Position numbers and translations under genes: made by a program. 64,000 nt of DNA from Squalus acanthias (lineage: Eukaryota). The notes under the pieces were generated by a model. The model did not search any database. It had not been told where the DNA came from and saw nothing but the letters and a program-made list of their open reading frames with translations. Below, piece by piece: positions 1-11,067 of this stretch (within the stretch, counting starts at the first letter, position 1; every line of letters begins with the position of its first letter). Location of the stretch: NCBI GenBank assembly GCA_030390025.1, contig CM059442.1, forward strand, positions 41,788,001-41,852,000, in the 5' to 3' direction.

Positions 1-647
1 ATTCGCTGCTCACGATGTGGTCTCCTCTACATTGGGGAGACCAAATGCAGATTGGGTGACCGCTTTGCGGAACACCTCCGTTCAGTCCGTAAGGGGGACC
101 CCGAGCTCCCGGTGGCTTGTCACTTAATTCTCCGCTCCACTCCCACTCTGACCTCACCGTCCTCGGCCTATTACACTGTCCCACGGAAGCGCAGCGTAAG
201 CTCGAGGAACAGCACCTCATCTTTCGTTTAGGCACCCAACAGCCCTCTGGACTCCACATCGAGTTCAACAATTTTAGATCATAACCTCGGCCCCTATCAC
301 ATTTATATTTTTTCATCCACCCTTAGTTTGCCCCCCCCCTACCCTTTTTTTCCTCCCAGAGCTGGCAGCTGTCCTTCATTCTGCCAGTGCATTCCACACT
401 TCATTTAGCCTCAACCTGTCACATCAACACCTCCTCTTGCCTTGATTATCTCAATGTCTCTATCTCTCCTTTTGTTCTTTCATCCCCTCCCCCTTTTCCC
501 AGCTTTATCCTTGCTTTAAATCTATTTCATTTCCTGCTTTTTTCCAGTTCTGACGAAAGGTCTTCGACCTGAAACGTTAACTCTGTTTCTCTCTCCACGG
601 ATGCTGCCTGGCCTGCTGAGTTTTTCCAGCGTTTTCTGTTATTTCAG
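1..647 (+). mobile_element. Penelope-like retroelement 3' end: GIY-YIG endonuclease C-terminus plus pseudo-LTR
   Basis: Frame 1 reads IRCSRCGLLYIGETKCRLGDRFAEHLRSV. After a 1-nt frameshift near 124 it reads NSPLHSHSDLTVLGLLHC...RKLEEQHLIFRLGTQQPSGLHIEFNNFRS*. A pLTR with a hammerhead motif follows. Confidence 0.9.
546..582 (+). ncRNA. Minimal type I hammerhead ribozyme motif (PLE-associated)
   Basis: AGTT-CTGACGA-A-AGGTC-TTC-GACCT-GAAA-CGTT-AACT: conserved core, 5-bp stem II, palindromic ACGT stem III, 4-bp stem I. Confidence 0.8.
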
Positions 648-867
648 TAAATTGGTGCTTGACCCTTTGGTAGAATTGCTTTCAAATAAAGTTCCATAAT
701 ATGTTTCAAAAGAAAGAATCTTTTTTTTCCTACTAAATTTTAACCTATTACAACTGTTTTCTCTTGGTCACGTTCATTTCATGGCCATTATTAGTGTTGG
801 CATTAAGTTTTCATACATCAGTTAATATTTTAGTACTAAATCTATGTCAAGAGAATTTCGTGCTCCC

Positions 868-1650
868 CTTTAGGAACATAGGAATGTACATAACCGGAAG
901 AGACCACTGCAGTCCATCTGGTCCGTTTCAAACTATGAAAAGAACCGTACATTAGTCTATCTCATGTCTCAATCCTTTTCTTGGCCTAATATCTATCCAG
1001 TTCCTCCTTGTATTTGCCAATTGTATGTGCCTACCCAGTTAGTCTATTCCATATGTTAGCTGCCTTCAGTGTAGAATAATTAAATCTAAACTGCTTGAAT
1101 TTGTGCCCCCTTGATTACCTTTTGTTGTCCCCTTTCTAATGCCAAGATGTAGTACAGTACAATGGTAGCATAGTGGTTGTTACGGGACCATTCTCCAGGC
1201 TTCATCACTCCCTTGTATTTTGGTAATTCGATCTGGATAGTACTTATGCTCCTGTCTGACCACAGCACTTTATAGTTTAACAACTTCCACTGGTCTTCAG
1301 TGATATTCTATATTAAATGACAAGACTACAAATACTTCTCTATCTCTTATACATTCTGAGCCATCAAACATTTCAGTGTCACTATGATGTCCATTGTACT
1401 TCCCATGTGCAATACCTTGCACTTCTCTGTATTGAATCTTGTGTCCAGTTATGCCCACTTACATATTTAATTTAAATATTGCAGACCCATGTCTGCCTTA
1501 AAATTCAACTGCCCCTTTAGTTTGGTATGGTCTGCAAAATTTGGCCAGTTTGTATTAAGTTTCTGAATCCAAGCCATTAGTGTAAATTAGGAATAGTTTG
1601 GGGTGGGGGGCATTCCAGCACCAATCCTTGGGGCACTATACTCAGTATTT
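868..1650 (-). mobile_element. Old CR1 LINE fragment
   Basis: aggaacata-type tail at ~870 and decayed RT-like sequence (cccatgtgcaataccttgcact, gtatggtctgcaaaa, ccttggggcac). Boundaries approximate. Confidence 0.6.
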
Positions 1651-1859
1651 CAGCCCACCCTGAGGTCACTGTCCTAAAAAAGTATCTATTGTTTCAGGCA
1701 TTAGAGGACTGACTTAGTTCCAGACTTCCAACACACATTACCTTGAAGTCAGTGCGACTCCAAATAGACCCTACCCCAAGGGAGATAGTCACTCGTTCTA
1801 TTGTTGCACCCATTCTTTGGCCAAAACGGATTGCTACTCTAAGGTCACCATGGATAACA

Positions 1860-2790
1860 GAAACAACTCCAAATCCCTCCCTTCTCCATAACCTACATAT
1901 CACCTCGAACTCTAAATGTGATGATTACATTGACTGTGTCCAAAACCGAGCCATGCATTGCCTCCCTGGCTGCCCCTCATCTTCCTCTCTCCTCAACTGC
2001 CAACTTTCCATCTAACAGAGCTCTCACCCATCCTATTCTCTGCTGCTTCTCCATTTCCTCCTCACCCCATCTATAAAGCCTAGCACCTGCTCCCTCAATC
2101 CACTTCGGTCTCAGGTCGACCACCCAACTTCACCTCTTCTGCTCTGTGTTTGCAGCCATCAACCAGTCCCTATCCCCAACTCCTTCAAGATCTTCCTCGA
2201 GAAAACATTCTATAACCTCTGCAACTACCACCATATCTGTAACCCTCTCTTTTTGCACTGGTCAAAGTCACAAGCAGCAGTGTTTAACAGCAACTGTGGC
2301 TCACTATATCTCCTTGGCCTGCTTGAGCTCCTTGCTGCCTTCGACATCATTAACCATTCTATCCTCTTCCAACTTCTCTCCACTGCATTCCACTTTCATG
2401 GCACTGCTCTTTCCTGTGCCCACAGTTACACAGCAGTCCATCCTTGGTTCCCCTCCCCCGTTCATCATCTACATGCTAAGCCTTGGCGAGACCACCCAGA
2501 AGCTTGGGAGTAGCTTCCACACGTATGTGGGCAACACCCAGCTCTATCTTGGTTTTCTATTGATCCAAAGCCTCTTGCTACACTTTCTAACTTCCCAATC
2601 AACAAAGACCTCGATGAGCCAAAATTTCTTCCAACTTAATGTTGGTAAAACCACAACCATAGTTTAGGCTCCTGTATACCTCAGTTATTGACTCCATCAG
2701 TGTCTCCAGCCATCACTCAGGAGTCAAAAGGTGCAGAACCTTGGTGTAATGCTCAAACCTGAGCTTATCCACAATGTATGCTTCCACTTC
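1860..2790 (+). mobile_element. Decayed L2-type LINE fragment
   Basis: Decayed RT motifs (AAFDIINHSIL; gacaccca-gctctat; ttcttccaacttaatgttggtaaaacc) shared with the other L2 copies. Boundaries approximate. Confidence 0.6.
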
Positions 2791-3029
2791 AGATATTCAC
2801 AAATGTGCACTTCAATTAGGGTGATAGTATTTATTAGGAGTAAAATCCGTAGCAGTATTTCCCCCCCTTCCTTCTAGCCTAGGTTTAACATTAACTAGCA
2901 CTCACACCGCTTTCCTCATCAAGATCAGTAAACTCAGCACAGACCTAGGGCCATCTACATGGCTACAGAACCACATTACATAATGCAATTATTTACTGAG
3001 CCATTAGGTTAGCTTTCAAAATGAGTCAT

Positions 3030-4610
3030 AAGAACATAAGAACATAAGAAATAGGAGCAGGAGTAGGCCAATCGGCTCCTCGAGCCTGCTCCGCCATTCA
3101 ATAAGATCATGGCTGATCTGATCCTAACCGCCAATCTACTATCTATCACAGAACCATCTCCTGCATCTAACAGAATTGCACACACAAAATAGGAGCAGAA
3201 TCAGGCTACACAGTCCCTGGGCCCGCTCCACTACCCACAGGGCCATGACCGATCCGAACCTAGACTCATGTCCAAATTCCTGCCCGCTCCCCGTAACCCT
3301 TAATGCCCTTTACTTCTAGGAAACTGTCTATTTCTGTTTTAAATTTAATTAATGTTGTAGCTTCTACAGCTTTTTGTGGCAGCATATTCCATGGACCTAC
3401 CACCCTCTGAGTGAAGTAGTTCCTCCTCATCTCAGTTTTGAAAGAGCAGCCCCTTATTCTAAGACTATGTCCCCTAGTTCTCGTCTCACCCGTCATCGGG
3501 AACATCCTCCCCGCATCCACCCGATCCAACCCTTCACAATCTTATATGTTTCAATAAGATCGCCTCTCATTCTTCTGAACTCCAATGAGTAGAGTCCCAA
3601 TCTACCCAACCTCTCCTCATATGACCACCCCCTCATCCCCGGGATTAACCGAGTGAACCTTTTTTGCACTGCCTCGAGAGCAAGGATGTCTTTCCTTAAG
3701 TAAGGACACCAAAACTGTATGCAGTATTCCAGGTGCGGTCTCACCAATACCTTGTACAACTGAAGCAATACCTCCCTATTTTTATATTCTATCCCCCTAG
3801 CAATGAAAGCCAACATTCCATTTGCCTTCTTAATCACTTGCTGCACCTGCATACTAACCTTTTGAGTTTCGTGCACCAGGACCCCCAGATCCCTTTGCAC
3901 TTCAGTACTCTCCAGTTTCTTGCCATTAAGATAATAAATTGCTCTAGGATTTTTCCTGCCAAAGTGCATCACCTCACACTTTCCAGTGTTGTATTCCATC
4001 TGCCAAATCTCTGCCCACTTACTTAGCCTGTCTATGTCCCCTTGCAGGTTTTTTATGTCCTCCTCACTCACTACTTTCCCTCCCATCTTAGTATCATCTG
4101 CAAATTTTGATATGTTACACTTGGTCCCTTCCTCCAAATCGTTAATATAGATTGTAAAGAGTTGGGGACCCAGCACTGACCCCTGTGGAACACCACTAGT
4201 TACTGATTGCCAGTCTGAGAATGAACCATTTATCCCAACTCTTTGCTTTCTGTTAGATAGCCAATCCTCTATCCATGCCAGAATATTACCCCCAATCCCG
4301 TGATTTTTTACCTTAAGCAATAATCTTTTGTGTGGCACCTTGTCAAATGCCTTTTGGAAGTCTAAATACACTACGTCCACTGGTTCCCCTTTATCCACTC
4401 TATATGTTACTTCCTCAAAGAACTCCAGCAAATTTGTCAAACATGACTTCCCCTTCGTAAAACCATGCTGACTTTGTCCTATTAAATTATGATTATCCAA
4501 ATGTCCTGTTACTGTTTCCTTAATAATGGACTCCAAAATTTTACCTACCACAGATGTTAGGCTAACCGGTCTATAGTTACCAGCCTTCTGTCTACTGCCC
4601 TTTTTAAATA
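3030..4610 (-). mobile_element. Young 5'-truncated CR1 LINE with RT domain and 6-bp TSD
   Basis: ORF 4551-3493 plus 3529-3266 encode a CR1 RT (LDFQKAFDKVPH, GVPQGSVLGP, KFADDTK) with a single frameshift near 3530. Tail is (TTCTTATG)n. TSD AGTCAT at 3024-3029 and 4611-4616. Confidence 0.95.
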
Positions 4611-4677
4611 AGTCATTGTAACATTAGTAACAAAATGCCACAGGAAAGCAGTGACCCCTGCTCATGGTTTCACTTAC

Positions 4678-5228
4678 CCATAATTCAAAGACTCCACTGG
4701 ATTAGGTGCCATGCCCGTGCTTTCAGCATAATTCCGTGACTTTGTTGCATAGTGGTGTGAATCAGCATTCCAGAAGTTACTCTGGACCCTCTGTGTGGCT
4801 TCCGCCTCAATTTGTTCTTTTGGTTTCATCCCATTGTGATGGTGGATGTGGTGGTAAATATGTTTGTGATGATACATGTTGGGAGCCTCTACTTTCACAC
4901 CAGTCTTGGACACATGTTTATGCCCTGGAGGTAGCACCGTTCCCATTAAACCTGTTGCCTTCCCACTGGATAAGCCATCAGGAGAGCGGGACTTTGGAGA
5001 GTGCCGTCCAGGTCCTGGAGACTGGCAACCAGGAGTCTTCATCACACGCTGGACATGCTCATCAAGAATGGACTCTGGATTCTCCTCATGAGCATCGCGC
5101 ATTTGCAGTCCACCACAGCCCATCTCAGAGTAACGAGAGTTAAAGTGGTGCATAGCCTGGGCAGGTGGCAATTTGTGACTAACTACAGAGGGCCCTAATG
5201 AAACATCTGCGTCCTCGCCTTCTTCCTC
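4678..5228 (-). CDS. AXIN1: AXIN1 exon 6 (551 nt), beta-catenin-binding region and His-rich segment
   Basis: Acceptor tttctcttgcag, donor gtaagt. Contains [25 protein letters not shown] (Axin1-type) and [12 protein letters not shown]. Confidence 0.96.
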
Positions 5229-7697
5229 CTGCAAGAGAAATCCAAGGATTAGTTTAAATATGAAAGTCTGTGCTCATTAGTGTTAAATGAATGTTCCAAT
5301 GGTTAGATCTAGCTTTGTTACAGTGGTCTCTTATTAAAAGTTTAGTATTTTCCAATAATGATACTGTAGAACTGGTTTTGATTTATCTTGCGAACCCAAG
5401 TTTAACAATTCCAAACTGGCATAAAGAGTACACAATAAAACCAATGAAAAGAAAAAGTGCTCGACACAACAACTGTTTTGTTAACTCCTAGCAGTGAGGA
5501 TAGTCCAAGAGATTTCCACACAGTACCAAGGTTTACTGAATGTGGATAATGCTAAACCTAATGCAAGCATAAAATTACAATTCACCATTCCTACTCATTG
5601 CGTTTACATCAGGATCCTGATCCAAATATAAAATGCCTGCAAAAACTAATTGTGGACTTAACATTCTATTTTATAATTAGTTTCAGTGCATGGAGCATTT
5701 ACTACATTTATCTTGGAGTCTATTTTGCATGTCCATCATTGCAGAAAGCAAAATTAAAAAAATCAATAACAATGTCACAGAACTAAAAGTGCTACGTATT
5801 TGGTTGGAATAGGGACGTTATTTTAACTGCTGGAAGCCATGGCTACTTTGGGGAATTAGGTTATTGCCTTTTTTCAAACTTGCTCTTAGTCTCTTTTTTG
5901 TCATCTCTTTGGTCTTTGAGAAGCTCTTAATGTGCTAAATTATCAGTTAATAAGTTAAAGCAGTAACATGATTTTAGCCCACTTTGTTTATAAGTACGAA
6001 ACAACCTTGTACATTATAACATTCGAATAAATCATGGGTTATGATCTAAAAAATACCTGTAGTTTCAACAAAATCATATTCCCCGTGTGATTTTATTTTA
6101 ATTGAAATTCCTCAACATGTTAGGTAGGAATTAGATTACATATCTGTACCTCAGTTGCTGTTATTTTTGAACATTTAAATACTGCAACAGAGATGTCACA
6201 TTTGAAGTCTGAGGTCCTACTAGAAAAAAAACTCTAATAACTGAAGAATAAACAAAAAGCTTATGCACCTATGTATGGATCAAGAGTGCTGAACTGTGAA
6301 AGCAACTATAGGACTATACGGTTGAGTAAGCCGTGCTAAATTACTATTGTGTTATCAGCCTGCAGGTGGCACTATTGAATCAGTTTAGAAATGAACATAC
6401 TTTTGACAAAGTGTTGCATCTTCTGCCCAGTTAGCGACTAGATTTGGTGCTACTTAGTTACATTAAAAAAATGCTCATCAACAGTCTTAGAGGTTCTTTC
6501 CAGACAAAATAAACACAATTTACTCAATTATTATAGATCAGCATCACAGGATATATCTATGTAAATATTAGTGCTTCTCAAATGTGCTGTGCACTAAATA
6601 AGACTGTACAACAGGTTTGTAAGTTTCACAAATGGTTTTAGAAATGCTAAAGAAAAAAGGTAAGGAAAAATTGCTACAAGGCATTTTGCGTCCTTGCTTC
6701 CCATCTCCCTCCTTTCTCCTACTCCCATCTCATTGTAAAAATAACGTTTAATTTATTTGTGTCAGTGTCTGCTTCACAGTACATACAGACTGTGTTACAA
6801 CCAATAGCTTCTCACTTCATTATTAGAAATATCAGCATTTGATTCAAACAACTTCTTATTCTTTTCCTTATTAAAAAAAAGTTTCTGGTATCTCAAAATA
6901 TGAGGCTATTTCATCCTTGAAGGGGACAAGACATCTGCAGACTACTAAAAAAAAACCCGAAGCTATTTAATAATGAGCACTGGGCTGGTTTAGCGATATC
7001 ACAAGGCTTGTACTTAATGACCATAATATGGCTGCCAGGAAACACTCTAACCTGCAGCTAAATGTCCAACCAGCTGTTCAGGAGACACCACCCTGACCAG
7101 GAGAAAACAGACAGGAATCTTGCTCACCCATATTCTTTTTTCAGAAGTATATGCATATCTACCAATTCAAAAAATATGGCAATATGTGGAGTAGAGTAGT
7201 TTACAGGTTCACCTGCTCACTCTATTGCATTGTTACATTCACTAAAGGAAACCAACGATGAAAAGGGAATGGACTGACAAAGGTGGAGAAAATCAAATGG
7301 GCAAAGAGTAAAGCAACCTACTATGGTATAAAAGACAGAGAAATTAGAGGCAGTTATAATTTCATAATGCAAACATAAAATTCTGAAAATTGGATTATGT
7401 AAACGAAACTTGAATTTAAAAATAAATCCACACATTCATTGGATGGCTGTTGAACTTCCCCGAGAGGGCTAATGGAGATCAGTTCAAATGCACTGAAAAA
7501 CATTTTAAAACATTTAAACTTCTGCGGGATGTGGTTTATGCAATAAAGATGTGTTGGCATTCTAGAACTTGAATGACTTTGTGCAAGACTGCTTCATGTT
7601 TGTACAGTTCTTGGTTATCTTTGGTTTTCAGCTGCATCTGTTGCCATTATACACCAAAAATAAACAGCGAAAAATGAAAGAATACATTGCAACAAAT

Positions 7698-7788
7698 GAG
7701 AGAGAGAGGAGAGAGAGGAGAGAGAGCGAGAGCGAGAGCGAGAGCGAGAGCGAGAGCGAGAGCGAGAGAAAGAGAGAGAGAGACAGAC
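7698..7788 (+). repeat. Compound (GA)n/(GAGAGC)n microsatellite
   Basis: Directly visible. Confidence 0.95.
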
Positions 7789-7883
7789 AAATACTACTTT
7801 ATATAACAGTTAAAAGGCATATAATTTTGTTTGGAGTTAAGAATAGTAGAATACAGTCTAAATTCTCATCACATGAAACCTAC

Positions 7884-8021
7884 TAATCTCACGCGTTTAA
7901 GCCGCTCTTCCAACTTCTCCTCTGCCTCTCGCTCTCGCAGTACACTCTCCAGCCGAGTGATGAGTTCTGCAGCAAACTTTTCTGGTTCAACATGGATATC
8001 CTTTGGCATCCGATACGTGCG
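7884..8021 (-). CDS. AXIN1: AXIN1 exon 5 (138 nt), GSK3-binding helix
   Basis: Acceptor tctacctag, donor gtaggt. Encodes [46 protein letters not shown]. Not in the ORF track; translated manually. Confidence 0.96.
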
Positions 8022-8329
8022 CTAGGTAGATCAAGAGATTACAAGTCAAAAGAGTACATGCAAACTGTGTCGATGCCAACACTGATGTGTGAAATAACTA
8101 TTGTTCTCAGTAAATCATTACAATATTAAAGTAAGCTAATACAGCTTCAACCTTATTTTGAAAAAGCATGAAAATGAGAAAAACAGGGTCAAACATTACC
8201 AGAATTATAAAAGCAACTTTTTTTCATTGATCAATCACCATGAATAAAAACATTTTGCATCACTTGGAGATAACAGTTTTCAACAGTAGGTAGTTAGCTC
8301 AATACAAAGTGGTCAAATGAGCAGATGAT

Positions 8330-8970
8330 ACGAAACTAGGAGGGTCAGTGGATTTGGAGGACGCAACTTAGAAATTACAGAATGAGTTGGCCAGAATATG
8401 TATGTGGGCAGAAAAATGGCAGATGAAATTTAATATAGAACAAAGTACTGTACATAAGAAAAATAAGCAACATGAACTCCACAATTGGTGTTGAAATGGA
8501 TAATGAAGAAGCTGCTACAGAGCAACATATCAACAAAGCCAAAGAAGTTGTGATCAAACTGTACTGTTATCTGGTCAGACCACACCTTGGGTATTGTATC
8601 CAGCTCTAGTCAGCAAGACACAAGGTAAATAATCAAGTGCTGGAGGCAGTGCAAAGAGGAATCAGTCTGATTCCTTGTGCCAAAGGTCTGAGTTGCGCAG
8701 AAAAGACTGGAGAAACTTGGACTCAGCCACAAAGGTAGTGTCTGAGAGGTGATCTTAGAGGTTTACAAGATACTAAAGCAAATGGAATAGGTAAACCTGG
8801 AATATTACTTGAAATTAAATAGCAAGTAGGACGGGGGAATATAGATTCAAACTAGTAAATGGTTAATTTAGGACTAGTACACAAAGTGAAATGGGGTGAC
8901 TTGGAGATCTTACAGAGTGGATGAACTAAGATGCGTAGAATAGCTTTCCCCATTTGTAACTATCTTGTGA
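8330..8970 (+). mobile_element. Decayed CR1 3' fragment
   Basis: Contains aaatggcagatgaaatttaat, ctggtcagaccacaccttgggtattgtatccag and gagaggtgatcttagaggtttacaagat. Confidence 0.75.
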
Positions 8971-10869
8971 ATGCTGAAGTTTAGTAAATTTTGGTTCATT
9001 CAGGACTTCATGTCAGAAAAAATGTGGCGCCAGTGGATCCAAGTTATACTGCTAGTTCTGCATTACACTCGACGTGAAAATTGGTGCACTCTGCTCACTG
9101 GTACCTGAATGCCAGTTAAATTTTAGTATTAAACAGCTGCCAGAGCAATCAGCTCTTTAACACAAAATAAGGTCAACAATGAAACGCAAATGATCCCTAC
9201 TAAACTTTGGTTCATATCGGTTGGATTGAGAGACTACCCCTAGAGATTTTGATCTCATTTACTGCCTAAATTCAATTCCATATTCTAATTACATTACAGT
9301 TTGCCTTGGTGTGAAATTCAGATCTCTTTACATTGATACAAATGGTGTGGTACAAGTGGTTTAAAATCAAGTCAGTGTACAATGCATTTCTTCCTGTAAA
9401 ACACATCTGTGGCACTTTTTATAAACGGTGCCTCAACTTTACATTTCTGAATTCAATCTTTCCAATAAAGTGATAAAAATGTAGGCTTGGAAGCAATATT
9501 GTTTAAGTCAGTAACAATGTATTGAAATCAAGTTTTGGCCCTTTCTTCAAAGACTAAAATATTGCTTAAAATGTTTCAACTGAAAGCTAAGGTATCTAAT
9601 GTAAAATAAACATAGAAATTAATTGAATTGTATAAACCTTTCAGACTTCACTTTTTAATTCTAGCACTTACATTTTCACCTTTCCTATCGTAAAGTTATA
9701 AACCATTACTCGCATCTTTAAACTATCTTCAGCTTAGACCATGACAATTTGATTACACTTTGCTCAAATATCACTCCAAAAAAGTATTGGAAGATTTTTT
9801 TTTTTTATAAATGGAGGTTGAGTGGGCAGGGTGGGAGAGAGAAGTAAAAAAATGTGCAAAGGTCCAGTGCATCTATGTGGTTATACAAGGCAAAGTGTCA
9901 TGTTGTAGCACTTGTGTTGCATCACCGGTTTGATCCACCATTCTACGGAGTCTCCACACTCCGTGGTGCTGCTGTGGAAGAGATACTAAATGTAGGCTTG
10001 ATGCCTCCCCATAGGGCAGAGGATTAGTTGTCACTGGACTATGCTTGCACATGGCCAACTAAAGAGCAGCAATGGTGGAGCTTGGAAGCAGTTTGCCCAC
10101 CACTTTAATGTAGAAGGTGGGTGGCCCAGAGAGATCAGAAGGAAAGAAGGTAAAGATCAATGCATTTTTAACTAGATTGGATCATCACTATGCTAAAATG
10201 GTCATTTATGTTCCAAAGGAAAGTAGCTCAGAACAGCATTAAAAATAATCCAATTTCAACTCTGCAGTCAAATGTCTGATTCATCATGAATGTATTTTAA
10301 CTGTACATTTTTATAGCTATACCAAGATTGCAATTGAATTGTTAATGGCTTTTATGCAAATACTATTTCTGCATATCTGCTTGAAATGCAATACCAAGGT
10401 GGCTAGGCATGGAAATATAGTCAAACCAATTTCAAAGCTGCACCCAAGAGTCTGATTCATTTTGTTTTGTAGCTGAATAGAGATCACTAAATTGTAACAC
10501 TTTCACAAGCAAGAACCAAAGTAGGTCTGTGATTATTTGTATGAAATGTAATATCAGGCATTTAAGTGAAAAAGCTCATTACAGTTGGATGGTAACTTCA
10601 GTTGAATTACAAGAATACAAGTTAACGAACCAGACTCCAGATGTAGCCCTAAAGGGAAAAATAAATCAATCCACTTGTCCTGGGAGAACTACATACATTT
10701 TTCTGGAAAATAATCTTGCAAACAAATTGTCAAGATTGTTGCATCAGCTTTAGGAAATGATAATTGGGTATTGTGAAGTTATCCTGTGAATCTGTAGGCG
10801 GGTTAACAGCTGCATCTGGGACAAACAGAATTGAACTGGGCAGCAGAATTCCTTCTTTCAAAACATATT

Positions 10870-11067
10870 GGGGTTAATTTTAACCTAACCCATCTGGTGG
10901 GAAACGGAGAGGACCAGAATGGCTGCCCATTGAATTCATTGAACACTGAACTCAAAAAAAGTGTACTGCATTAAGCCAATGGAAAGTAAAATTGGACGGG
11001 GTGTAAAACGGGTATCCGATATGATGCTGTCAGTTTCCTGCTGGGCAGGTTAGGTTAAACTTACCCA
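10870..11067. mobile_element. MITE-like non-autonomous DNA element (~200 bp)
   Basis: Imperfect ~19-bp TIRs GGGTTAATTTTAACCTAACC / GGTTAGGTTAAACTTACCC, flanked by TATT on both sides. Confidence 0.6.

Noticed and set aside
650-3020. Search for AXIN1 exon 7
   Set aside because: No NQKIMQWIIEGEKE-like coding sequence was found. The region is LINE-derived, so the exon is presumably left of the window.
4706-5198. Several plus-strand ORFs over exon 6
   Set aside because: Antisense shadows of a GC-richer coding exon, with no recognisable domain.
7569-7886. ORF with RERE/ESESES repeats
   Set aside because: It is a translation of the GA/GAGAGC microsatellite, antisense to AXIN1.
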